Part shown: piece after piece, positions 49,601 through 62,600 of the stretch
Layout of the letters: each line of letters starts with the position of its first letter
How positions within the stretch are numbered: position 1 is the stretch's first letter
Source: Oikopleura dioica
Taxonomy: Eukaryota > Animalia > Chordata
Length of the DNA: 64,000 nt
Direction: 5' to 3'
NCBI GenBank assembly: GCA_907165135.1
Contig: OU015568.1
Span: forward strand, 6,386,001 to 6,450,000
Position numbers and translations under genes: made by a program
The notes under the pieces: model-generated
Databases searched by the model: none
What the model saw: only the letters and a program-made list of their open reading frames with translations
What the model was told of the DNA's origin: nothing

Positions 49601-50257
49601 TCACAACTCGGTCATCCCCATCGCGGGTAAGAATAGCTTTTTTTACCAAAATTGAGTTTTCCTTTAGATTGTCCTTCCTTCACGGATTTTTACATTAAAC
49701 TTCTGGACGCATTCGAAGGGCATGGCTACTCAAACTCGCTCTTTGGATCGGTTCTGATGATTCCGTTGATTCACTCGACTGAATTGAGGCTCATTCTCTG
49801 GGGCGACAAGCAGCCAATCTTGCAGACGATTAGAAACGATTTCACGAACATTCTTCTTCCTTTTGAAGGTATGAATTAACGAATGAAAGCCCAGATAAAA
49901 GCCCAAAATTCAGAATACATTCGGATCCCAGAAACGAGCACCAGACTTGTCCAGCTCTACCTTGCTGCCATTGCTTCAAAAACAGTCACAGTGCATCGAA
50001 ACGTTGTACTCTACTGTTTCGCCGTGTACCAAATCAACCAGTTCTTGATGAACCTCCAAATTGACAGGAATCTGCGCGAATCTATCCTCCGCCTCGTCCT
50101 CAGCGCTGAGAAATCTCTGCAAAAAGACATTTTGTTCTTTTCAAAAATCAACAAGGAATTCCCTCACATCGACCACAAAGAAGACCTCGAGGAAGGACCG
50201 AAGAACTGGATTATTTCGACGATAAAGAAGAATCGACTCGAAAGCGAACTTTTTTGA
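46700..50257 (+). CDS. RPAP1: RNA polymerase II-associated protein 1-like
   Basis: EEIEEERKQLLAKLDPSMLDFIRKR (RPAP1 N motif), GLHHHGDEEQVPGYSMQELLGLSNSRLLQQRQIA (RPAP1 C motif), ARM-like helical body. Confidence 0.85.
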
Positions 50258-50335
50258 TGTATTAATTTAATATTATAGTGATAATAATATGCGGACATGG
50301 AATTGCGTAGCTCAGCAGAAATAAAAGTTTTTCTG

Positions 50336-52387
50336 TCATGTTTCCGCGGGTGGGTCTTTCATCGACATGCCCCACTCAAGAAGCTCAATAATTTCTTCTT
50401 TGCCGCTCGCTTCCATCATCGGCGTTCGACCAAAGTTGTCTTTTCTCTCCGGGTCGCATCCTTGCGAGATCAGAAAGCGAACGATGTCTTCCATCCCTCT
50501 CGCGACAGCAATATGCAGGGCAGTTCTTCCATCATAATTCGCCGCGTCCAGGTCTGCTCCGCCAGCATGCCAGGCAGTTATTGCATCCAAATCGTTTCCA
50601 ACGACGTTCATCATCAACTCATTGCACGTCTGTTGCTGGGAGCACTTAAGAACGGCGCCAGCGTTGCGGAGCATTTCGATGATTTGAAAGTGCTTGTTTT
50701 TTATCGCTTCGTTCAGTGGAGTGGCACCAGTGTGATCTTTCTTGTGAACTGGGCAGCCGTCAAGAAGCATTTCTTCCACCAGCAAATCGTGTCCTAAAAT
50801 TCAATTGCTCCTCAATTTTCATTTCCTTCGTACCTGCTGCGGCAGCGATATGCAGAGGCGTACGGCCATCATAGTCCGTCATCGAGTAATCTCCACCATC
50901 CTCCTTCAGTTTTTTGATCGACTCAAAGTTGCCCTCCTTCGCGGCAGAGCAAAGCAAGCACGGAAATAAGGACGCTTTGATAAGTTGAATTTCTGCTTCG
51001 GTGGAAACTTTCATCGCGTCTGCGACAGATTGCAAAAAGGATGAATTCGAAAGGCTGAATTTGGCAATGTCGGCCTGTGTGAGCTCGCCGCGAATATTCG
51101 TCTCCAGAAGTTCTTTTCGCTGAGAAGCAGTTAGACCTTCCAAGCCAAGAACGTAGCTTAGTTTTGCCAAGGCAGCTAGAAATGGATAAAAACGATGATT
51201 TTTTTCAAGTCTTGTACCTTCAGGAGTCATGTCAGCTCCAAGAACACAGCCAGCTTGGGCAAAAGCAGCTCCAGCTGCATAAGCGCTAGAAACGATTCCA
51301 GTCTGGCACTGGGAAATAATGACGATGAAAACTCCCCTCGCGATTGCCACTTTGATCTCTTTTATGATATCCTCTCGATTGCTTGGCCCGTTTCCAGCGC
51401 TAGAATCGTTGAGTTGAAAGTGTATTCACAAAACTCACCCATATGATTGAAAAACGACCCCGCGAATCGGTGGCTGGAGAAAACTGCGCACTGTGGTGGC
51501 AGTTATCGATGGAAAGATCCTCAACAGCGCGACATTCGGATTCCACCCGTGCGAGATGGAAAATTTCGTGGGCTTCTGACTTCGCCAAATTAGATCCCAG
51601 TTGCAGTTGATCTCTGTCCCCATTTTTATCAGCGGCTCCATATTGTAGCTCGAGAAAGCGTGAAAATCTTGCGCGTCCGTTTTCATCACCCGATTTCCCC
51701 GAAACAGGCGGCGGTTGAAGTAGAGGCCGACTTCTGGAATGATCAGGGTTCCAGCGATGACAAGAGCTCCTTGGAGATTGTCGATTGCGTCCGTTCTCAT
51801 TTCTGCCATTGGTTTTTGCGCTCCTGTAACTACGACTGGCTTTCCTAGCTCTTCCATCATGAAACTGAGCGCTGAAGCTGTGTAGGACATCGTATCAGTT
51901 CCGTGGACAATGACGAATCCGTCGAACTGCTCGTAGACGGAGAAAATGTCCGCGGCAAGTTGCCTTTAAAAAATAATATTCTTGAATATCGAGGCTAGTA
52001 CCTGTATTCCAAGTAGCTCATGTTGGACGAATCAATCAGCGGGTCGTACTCGTAAATTGTATAAACCACTCGTTTAGTGTCTCCAATCTCATCCTTCATT
52101 TCTGGAAGCACAAAGGTATTCTTCCCCGCTCTCTCATTCAGATTCTCTTGGAAATATTTCTCATCGTGCAGTAGGTTGATCTCCGGTACTGCGGTTTCCA
52201 GGTATCCTTTCAGCGGCTCATACGCACCACTCTCATTCTTGACCATGCACAAGGTTCCTCCAGTGACTAGGACGAGTACAAAGCTCTCTCTGACATTCGT
52301 CTCGTCCAAATCGGACGGAGTTGGCGGCTTTGGCAAGTCTTGCGCATCCGGCCTAAACTTTTTCATTACAATCTTGGCAAGGTGCAT
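50336..52387 (-). CDS. ASPG: L-asparaginase / 60 kDa lysophospholipase with C-terminal ankyrin repeats
   Basis: VTGGTL, EYDPLIDSSNM, HGTDTMSYTASAL, VTGAQKP, LFRGNR, ankyrin motifs DYDGRTPLHIAA and YDGRTALHIA. Confidence 0.93.
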
Positions 52388-53677
52388 TTGAACGCGGTGC
52401 TAACGTTATTGAATTGCGCCTATTAATGTCGGTTTTCGCGGCTGTTATCGAAGGATTCCAACAACTTATCATCTATCTCTGACGTAAAAAGTGAGAATAT
52501 ATGCTGTGAGAAAAGGGGCAAGGGATGACAAATAGTGCATAAATAGCAACTTATTTCTGTCTACCAGAAAAATGTCTCTTGCTGTTTACCAGTGAGAGGG
52601 TGGGAACGACGAGCTATACGAAACTGTTGAAGCCTGACTACTAATTGAAATTGAATTCCGGGAATTCTCAATGCTCCCCCTTTGCATTTGGTTACGTAAT
52701 AAAACTAAAGCGTTCTATTATTTGTTGCAAAATAAACTTTTGGCACTAGAAACGCCGTGAACTTACATCCACCCTCTGAGCGTTTTGTAAGAGGGCCGTT
52801 CCAGTCTGTTCACGTATTTGAATGCCATTGACTTTGTGCTCATTGTTGGATTCTCAAAGAAGAGCTCTTATGTAACTTCTCTGTGTCTAAAAATGGGCTA
52901 AGACCTCAGCGATCAATTATCTGAGCCCCTGGGCCAATTCTGTTTCCCATAGAGTGGGGTGTGGCGCTCAAGGTTTTCGGGTACCGTAAACGATGGCTTT
53001 TTCGAGGCCTTCTACAAAGGGTCACGTGTGCGCGCCTCATTCGAATGAGCAGTCACCTGATCGATCCGCTTCGCACAAGGCGCGTTCTCCTTCTTGCTTC
53101 TAGCTCCATTTCTCAAAGAAAAAAGGGTTGATTGATTGAGTACGCTGAACTACTAGTGTGTTCTGAGATAATCACTTGTCGAGTTATTTGCCCTGAGCAA
53201 AACCGGATAAAGGTATGGGGCCATATTGAAAAGAAGGTTTCAAGAGACACTCAATCTGACTGACAGACTCTCCCTTACGTACCTTGACTGTAAATGTCTT
53301 CTCAAAGTATTATTGTTATTAATAAACAGCTGAAAGCGTTTCAATTTCGTCTCGCCTTCAGACTTTATTTCTCGAGGTTTTTGCTGGAAAAACATTTTAG
53401 TTATATAATTATACGGATTTGTCAACGCCCAGGTTCAATGAAAAACATTGATCTTGGGCCAAAAATAAAATGGGAGTTGCCAAAATAAAAGCAGATGTTT
53501 ATGAGTCCTAAATTTCAATGAAAATCTCTCCTGTTTACATTCTTTTGTACGTGTCGATTATCTTCCTCCGCAAAAAAAAAAAAGAATACGAAACGCTCAG
53601 TACAGTAAAATAAATGTATTTGTGAACAAAAATAATAAGATTTCAGTAATGGGAAAAGATCAATCGTTTAAAATGAC

Positions 53678-56600
53678 TCATGAGAAAGTCGAAACGGAAG
53701 TTGTTGTTGAAAGAGAGTCTAAAAGTGTATTTTAGGGAGGGATCAAAAATTACGACTTACGTTGACAACAAAGCTTTGCATTCATGGCATCTGGCAAGAA
53801 GATATGTTCAGAGTGGTCTTCTTTCTGAGGAAAAATTAACTTCTGCTCAATAAGATTATACTTTTTTGAGACGTCTTCTCCACATTCGTTGGCGCTTGTC
53901 ATCCCAAATACAAAACCTGGGTTGCTGAATGTTTTAGAAAAATGATAAACAGGATCGTCTTGAATCGTAATCATTACGGATCGTACAGGAATCGTAATCG
54001 TTCAGTAATCGTAATCGTACTGGAATCGTAATCGTGCAGGAATCGTTCGTTTTTTTGTATGGGGGAAAAAGCTAGAGGAACTGATAAATTACCTGGACAT
54101 TCTTCCATGATGGCGATTGGTGAGAGATCTGGGCACTTGCACTCGTATCCTCCCTATTTGAACAAAATGATTGTTTGAAAAAATATTTCGTTTTTTTACC
54201 ATCTTGTTGAAGCAGAAAGCAGTTGGGTGACACATGTTGCTTCCATCGTCGCACTCGTCGATATCGAGACATCCTCGGATGCCCATACCATCTCCGCTGT
54301 AGCCTTCTGGGCAAGAGCAAGTGTAGTCGTTCTCGCCAAGTGGCATGCAAGTAGCCAGTGGATGGCATTTGGTTGGGCCGTTGCATCGCTCGTTGAAGAT
54401 GCAGTCGAAGGTTCCGAAGAGATTGTTGCAGAACTCGTTCTGGAAAGACTGGCAGTTGTGGGTTCCTTCCTTGCACTCGTCGATATCCTTACAGCCTCGG
54501 TTCTTGTTTCCTCGCTCATCTCGTGAGAGCTCACCGTTACCTTCCAAACCGGCTCGGCACTTGCACATGACGTCACCGGGCTGAGTTGGGTGGTTGTAGC
54601 AGTCGGCGTCGGGGTCGCACTCTCGCTGGGCCATGAAGCAAGCGGTTGGGGAAATGGTTGGTGGTGGCGGAGTGGTTGTCTCTGGGAAGCAGAAGAACTT
54701 GTCGTCGGGGCCAGTAGGCATTGGGTTGTCGATGCAGATCTCACCGTCGGCACAGTTGTCAAGCTCGTAGAAGCACTCGTCGATGTTGATGCAGCCCTTA
54801 GGAGCAGCGCTCTGGCCGGATCGGACATCTTCGTAGGATGGGATAGCGTTGACCAAAGTGTGGATCATTCCCATGCTTCGGGCACCATCACCGTTGTTAT
54901 CGAGCAAGTATTCGAGACCAGAAGCAACTCGTCGCTTTCGTCGCATACCATCACCGAAAGTGAACTGACCATCACCATAGAGACCGTCCTGACATTCGCA
55001 AGTGTAGCCAAGCTCGTTGTTTTCATCAGGAATGCAGGTGGCAAGAGGATGGCAGTTGTGTCGAGAGAAGTCGCAGACGCCGAGTGGATCTGGATCGCTA
55101 GTACAGTAGAAGCTACCTTCAGTGTTGATGCAGACGTCAACGACGCAGTTGTGGAGGCCGAGCTCGCACTCGTCAATGTCGACGCATCCTTCTGGAGATT
55201 CGTATGAACCCTGACCGTAAAGACCTCCAACAGCGGCAAGTCGATTACCCTTTCCATGGAAACCTTCGGCACAGAGACAGTGGTATCCATCTTCGGAGTA
55301 GTCAGCAACGCAAGTAGCATTGGCGTGGCAAAGGTTATCAGCCTGGCCGCACTTGTCGACGCAAGTGTAGCTACCATCAAGATCAGTACAATCTTCTTCA
55401 GCCATGCAGCCGTGGTCGCCAGTAATACATTCGTTGATGTTCTGGCATCGTGGTTGCCCGTAAAGAGAGTGGACGCATGAGGCGTAGCAGTGAGGATCTC
55501 GCTCGTGGAAGCACTTGAGCATGCAGATATCTTCGTAACCTTGCTCACATCCGCAGGCGAACTCTTTTCGCTCTGGCTGGATGATGGTGCAAACACCTCG
55601 CCATCCGCATGGTTGGTCAACGCAGATCTTGTTAGGATCGACTTCGTCTGTGCATTCAAATGAACCATGAGTATCGATGCAATAATCGTGAGCAGCAGTC
55701 AAAACACCATCGCAAGCAAGTGGGTTGATGCACTCGTCAATGTTGAGGCAATCAGTGGCGAGGCCAGGATTGTTCTCTTCAAATCCAGGTTCGCACTGGC
55801 AGAAAGCAATGTCCTTCTGGGTGGCATCAACGACACATTCACCTCGCTTGGCAACAGCGTCAGTAGCACCACAGTCCATGTTGTCACAAAGACCAAGTGG
55901 ATCATCCTCGGTGCTGCACTCAAAGCCAACAGTAGCGGCGAGATCAGTGACAACTGTGTTAACACACCAGCCACCAACTGTGCCACAGTTGTTAGTGGAA
56001 GCATCAGCACACTCGTCAACATCAACACATCCAGCAACACCATCAACAGTGCCTTCAGCCATGAGGCCTGCAGCGCCGCAGTCGCAGTAGTATTCGTCCT
56101 TGGCAGCACCTCGAATAAGGCAGCCGAAACCGTTGAGAGTACACCAGTTATCCGGAGCAGAGCAAAGACCGTGTGGATCAGCAGAGATGTTGCATTCGTA
56201 GCTACCTTCGTTATCCATGCAGATGCAATCACCAATGCTTCCAGTACAGTCGGTGGTTCCATCGTTGAATGAGTCACAGATGGTTATATCAGTACATTCA
56301 TCAACGTTGACGAACTTCCAGATGCCGTCATCAGCAAAAGTAGTTGTGTCTTGGACCCATCCGGGTTCAGCAGTGCAGACAACAACGTCTCGGTTCTCAA
56401 GAGAGACATCAGTAGAGCAAAGAGATTGTCCAACTGGGCATGGACCGTTAGCAGCGCACAACTGGAATGGATCAGCGTCATAAGAACATTCAAATCCAGA
56501 ACCTTCTCGGTTGACGCAAACTGGTTTGTAAACTGGTGGAACATCAGTAAGCGGATCGTATGGGTAGTCAATGCTATTAGTACAGTCATGGATGCCTTCC

Positions 56601-59600
56601 GCGCACTCATCGACATCGACGCAAATGTTACCACTGCCGCCGGCCTTGATGACACAGTTTCTGTAGCAGAAAGTGTAACTGGAGCCGCACTGGTAGAGAC
56701 AGTCATCTCTGTAGTTATCCTTGCAGTGGCATTCGTGATCCCAGAGAGCACCTGGCTTGGGCATGCAGTTAGAACCAGCGTTGCAGGTATGCTTGCCTGG
56801 CTTGCAGACACCGTATGGATCGTTGATACAGAGGAAACCTCCATCAGTATCGATACAACCCTCAGTAGCTCCACAAGTATGAGTCATCTCTGAGCATTCA
56901 TCGACGTTGACACACCCCTTTGGACCAGCATGGTAAGCTGGAGTGAGTCCTCGGCCGGCCTGTTTGTTTCCGTTACCCTTGTATCCGGTTCGGCAAACAC
57001 AATCGTATTCACGAGGAGAATATGGGTTAAGAATACAGTCAGCGTTGTCATCACAGTCGTTGTCGAAGCATGGGGTGCTATGTTCCCAAGCAGTGACATC
57101 ACTATCAGCTGGAAGACAGACATGAGATCCTGGGAAGTTGACGCAGATTTCGCCTGGACAGACACTTGGGTCCTCGCATTCGTCGACGTCGGTACACCCC
57201 TTAGGTCCCTTGGCAGATCGAGCATCATCTTCGTTGGGCTTGTTGTTTCCGTTTCCGAAATATCCATCGGGGCACATGCATTCGTAGCCTCGCTTATCAG
57301 CGCTGCTTGGAACGCAAGTAGCCAGGGAATTGCAAGTGTGAGCATTCTCTCGGCAAACGTAATCAGGATCTTCCAAGCACAAGAAGCCACCTGGGAAGTT
57401 AGAGCAGATCTGTCCCCATCCGCAAGCATGGTCGTTTTCGTAGCACTCGTTGATATCGAGGCAAAGAGGGGAAGCACCAACATTGACGCACTTCCATCCA
57501 TCAGCACAAGTATGAGTAAGGCATGGTTCGGCTTCTGGGACAAATGGTGGGTTTGCAGTAGGGTAAAGAGTGTCTGGGTTAGCTGGATCAGATGGATCAA
57601 GTGGACCGGATGGCTGGCCGATGACCATGATTGGGTCAGTATCCTGGCAAGCGAATGTACCGGGCAAGTTGAGGCAGAACTGGTTGACCTCACAATTGTT
57701 GTTGCCAGTCATGCACTCGTTCTCATCAATACATTTGTATCCCTGGTAAGTTGGGACGGCCTGGCAAGTAAATCCGGCACTGCATGGGTTGGCAGCGCAA
57801 ACGTTGAAAGGATCACTATCACCGAGACAAGTGTAAGCTCCGTCGAGGTTGAAGCAGTACTGGTAAGCAGAGCAATCATCGACGTTAAGTTTGCATTCAT
57901 CAACATCAACGCAGCCCTTGGCTCCTCCGTAGGCAACGCCATCAATTTCAGTGGATTGTTGCTCCTTGCCATTTCCTTTGTAACCAGCTGCGCAGATGCA
58001 CTGGTATCCAGACTTAGCGTTATGATCGGGAACACATGCGGCAAGATCGTCGCAGTCGTGAGCGCCATAGCTGCAGACACCGAAGGCATCACCAGTGTGG
58101 ATAGGGTTGGCGCAGTAGTAACCGCCGTCGATGTTTCGGCAGATCTTGTCAAGAGAGCATGGGTTAGATGGAGCAGCACACTCATCTACATCAACGCAGC
58201 CGCCAGCGACAGGCTTGCCACTGCCAGTGAATCCAGAGTTGCAGACACAATCATAACCGTTGGCAGACAAACTGTTGGCAACGCATGTAGCATCAGAGTG
58301 GCAGAAGCTACCCATGCAGGCGTTTGTAGCGTCGTTGAAGCAAAGGAATCCGGGGTTAGTATTGAAGCAGTTCTGAGAAGCAGTGCAGTCATGAGATCCG
58401 TCGAAGCACTCGTTTCGGTCGACGCAGACAGCCTGGTTATTTTTGACGTCGCAAGACTGAGTAGAAGAGCAGGCGTGGTTACCAGCTGCACATCGATTGA
58501 TGGGGATGGAGCTTGGGATGCAAGAATAGGATTTGTAAGAGTTTGAGCATTGGGTTCCTGCAGGGCAAATGCTTGGATTCAAGCACTCGTTAGTGTCCAT
58601 GCATTCAGCAGCGCCAGTGGCACTGTTGACCTGGCATTGAAGTCCAGTCTCACAAGCGAATCCTTGGCAAGGATCGGCAGAAGCGACACCGTAGCAGTGG
58701 TAGCTACCGATGTTGTTGTAGCAGATCTGGCCGTGCTGGCAGTTGTCCAAGTTGAATTTACACTCATCGAGATCAACGCAGCCCTTTGGTCCTCCTTCCA
58801 AGATTTCGCCTCCAGTAGCATAAGAGTATTGTTTCTTTCCGTTTCCTCGGAATCCTTGCTGGCACTCGCAAGTGTAGCCAACCTTGTTGGTGTAGCTGAT
58901 CTGGCATTCGGCCAAGTGGTGGCATTCGTGCTGTCCAGTCTGGCATGGGTGTCCAACGTTTGGCTCGGAAGTACAGGTGTAGCTTCCAGGAGTGTTGTAG
59001 CAGAACTGGCCAGTAGCTTCACAGTTGTGCATTCTGAGCTCGCACTCGTCAACATCTTTGCAGCCCTTTGGCCCGTTGTTTCCAAAGGCAACATCGAAGA
59101 CTGTTCGGCTGAACTGGAAGTTACCGTTTCCATACCATCCGACGTTACAGACGCAGTCGTATCCGGCCTTGGTGTTGTATGCTGGGTAGCACTCGGCATT
59201 AGCATCACAAGTAACTCCATCGCATCGTCCAAGAGGATCGTCGCTTGGCTGGCAGCTGTAGCTACCGACAGTGTTGACGCACTTTTCGCTGTTGGTGCAG
59301 ATGTTCATAAGTGGGAAAAGACACTCATCAATATCAACGCAACCGATTCCATCCTGGTAGAAGAAACCAGCTGGGCAAGCGCAGAAAGCAGAACCAAGAT
59401 CAGCGGTGAGAGTACATTCGGCACCAACACCGATGCAGACAAGACTGTTGGGGTTAGTAGGATCGCAGAGTCCGTTTGGATCTGGGTTGCTTGCATCTCG
59501 GCACTCGAAGGAACCTTCAGTGTTAACGCAGTCTTCTCCATCGGGAGATCCGACACATGGGGAAGTCAAACACTCATCGATATCGACGCAGGTTGGCCCA

Positions 59601-62600
59601 GAAACGTCGAGCTCGAATCCGGCGAAACAAGTGCAAGTGTAATCGGTCTTGGAGGCACCAACGACGCAGGTACCGAATTGACCACATTTGTGAGCGCCAA
59701 CGGCACAAACTCCGAATGGATCGGCGGAGTCATCACAGACGTAAGAGCCAGGAGTGTTGACACAAACGGAGTCTGGGACGGCAGAGCAATCAAAACTACC
59801 GTTATCGCACTCGTTGTCATCAATGCAGCTTCCAAGTGGACCGCCAGCGTTGAATCCAGGATCGCAAACGCAGATGAAGGTTTCTCGGTTGTTAGCGTCA
59901 TCGGGTTGGCAAGCTCCGTTGAGGAAGCAAGCAGTAGCTCCGGGAGCTCCTGGAGCGCAGACTCCATATGGATCAGCATCAGCGCTGCAAGCAGCACCGC
60001 CGTCAGAGTTGACACAGTAGACAGCAGTTGGGTCGCTACCATCAGATGGAGGACAAGTAAGAGCGCCGGTGGCACACTCATCGATATCAGCGCAAGTGAA
60101 GTCGGAGTCCTGTTGGTACCCAGCACCGCAATCGCATGTGAAAACAGTCTTGTCAAGAGGATTAACTGAGCAAGATGCTGGGGCAATGCATGGATTGGTA
60201 CCAGTGCAAAGACCGAATGGATCAGCATCAGTAGAGCAGGAGTAGCTTCCGTCATTGTCAACGCAGACAGAAGCTGGGACAGAATCGCAGATAGTTGAGT
60301 CCATTTTGCATTCGTCGACGTTGACACAATCATTGAGGGCCAAATCAGCAATGTATCCATCCTTGCACTCACATACTGGAGACATAAAATCTTCAGATGG
60401 GGTACAGTCAGCATTGACAACGCAAGCAACATCGCAAACGTTGAATGGATCAGCATCGGTAGTACAAACGTAGCCACCGACTTGATTAATACAGTTCTGT
60501 CCGGCAGCACATGGGTTAAAGCTACCAGAGCACTCGTCAATATCGATACACTCGAATCCCTTGAGGTTCATGGCAGGAATACAAGCAGACTTCTGGGCAG
60601 AGCATTCCATCTCACCAGCGGAACCTGGAGCGCATTTTTGTTCTGGATCTGGTTCACCTCGGCAGACGAATCCAGCTCCGAAGTTAGTGTTGACACAAAG
60701 CTGCTTTGGAGTACAAGTGTGAGTTCCTTCAAGGCACTCGTCGACATCCTGGCAAGAGAAGCCAGAGTAGACATATGGGTTGGGAACGCATTCTTGAGTA
60801 GATTGGCAAGTTGATGTAGCGCATTTGTTGAATGGATCGTAGTCTCCGCTGCAAGAGTATCCACCGTTAAGGTTGACACACTGCTGGTGGGGAGAGCATT
60901 TGTCTCTGCCAGTGGCGCACTCATCAACATCGACACATCCAGCAGGGTTTTGTTGGTAAGAGATGCCATCAGACTTGCCGGTTCCATAGAATCCAGCCTT
61001 GCAGGTACATTCGAAACCGGCCTTGCTATCAGTTGGGATACAAGCAGCAAGTGGGTGACAGTTGTGAGCGCCAGCAGCACAGACTCGAAGAGGATCGTAT
61101 CCAACAGAGCACTCGTACTTACCAATCTGGTTGACACAGGTCTGTCCATCAACACACTGGTGAGTTCCAGCTTTGCATTCATCGATGTCGACGCATCCCT
61201 TTGGTCCATTGGGTCCATAGGCAAGCTGTCGGCCATCCTGTCGGTTTCCGTTTCCGTGGTAACCGTTGATACAGTCACAGTCATAACCTCGCTTAGCGTA
61301 GGAAGGTCGGCAGATGGCCATGGCATGGCATTCGTGGGCACCGAAGGCGCATGGACCTTCGTGTTGAAGACAAGTGTAAGAACCGGGGATATTGGCGCAG
61401 TATTCCTGGGAGGTACACTTGTGCTCTCCGGTTGAGCACTCATCGATGTCGTTACATCCCCAAGTACCAGTCCAGTCGACACCCCAGTAGTATCCAGGTG
61501 GGCATCGGCAAGTAGATGACATCTTATCAGCAGAAACTTCGCATGTAGCTTCTGGAACAGAAGCACACTTGTTGTTCCAGCCCTGACACTTTCCGAATGG
61601 ATCGGGGTTAGAGTCGCAGTCAAAACCACCATCAAGGTTTTTGCAAACCTCGAAGATGCTGCAGCTGTTCAAAGACTCATCAGCACACTCGTTGATATCC
61701 TCGCAAGTTGGGTTGCCATTAGCAAGGGTAGTGAGCGAGTAAGTAGTGGCGTCGCTGCAAGTGCATGTGTAGACAGTCTTATCGGTAGCATCAACCTGGC
61801 AAAGATGGCCGATTCCACATGGGTTGCTGGAATCACTGATATCAAGACCGCAAAGGTTGAGTGGATCATCAGCAAGATCGCATTGCGAAGCCTCACCAAT
61901 ACCCTCAATGCACCAACCAGTGGTACAGAAAGCTGGGCAAGTGACTTCATCGACACATTGACCAGTTGTAAGGTCATTGACGTAGTGAGTTGGGCAGACA
62001 CAGGTTCGAACGTAGGCATCCATATCGCCAACAGCAGTGCAGACAGCAGTATCAAGATCACATCCGTCAGTGCTGCAGATGAAGTCTGAGAACTCAACGG
62101 CAGTCATGCATTCGTATGATCCAACGTTGTTAACGCAAACATCACCAAGACCTGGGCAAGGGCTAGCCATCATGTCACATTCGTTCTGGTCAATGCAAGC
62201 TCCGGTCAGATCAGCGGCGTATCCAACGTTGCAAGCGCAAGTTCGGCTGAGTTTGTCGTCAGAGACAAGGCAAGTAGCACCCTCTTGGCACTCGTAGTTC
62301 TCACAAAGACCGTAAGGATCTGGGTGAGTGGGATCTCGGCATTCGTAAGTTCCAACAAGGTCAACGCAGAAAGAACCAACTGGGCAATTATGAGCACCAA
62401 CAGCGCAGTTGTCTGGGTCAGAGCAAGTGTAGGAACCGTCAGTAACGACACAAGTAGTGAGTCCCATTGGATCGTCAGCACATGGATTGTCCTCGATGTT
62501 GCAGACGTTATTGGGATCAGCGACACCGATGCAGTAGTGGCTACCAGCAGAATTAACGCAAGACTGGTGAACGGTGCAATCGTGGAGGCCAAGATCGCAC

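Larger units (their letters stand above)
31772..50257 (+). other. Probable polycistronic operon (at least 7 genes, SL trans-spliced)
   Basis: Same-strand genes with intergenic gaps of about 80-270 bp. ATGs are directly preceded by a 3' acceptor: tttag|aATG (33007), ttgaag|aATG (39318, 41161), tttag|aaaATG (44163), ttcaag|aaaATG (46302), tttaag|aATG (46700). Confidence 0.7.
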
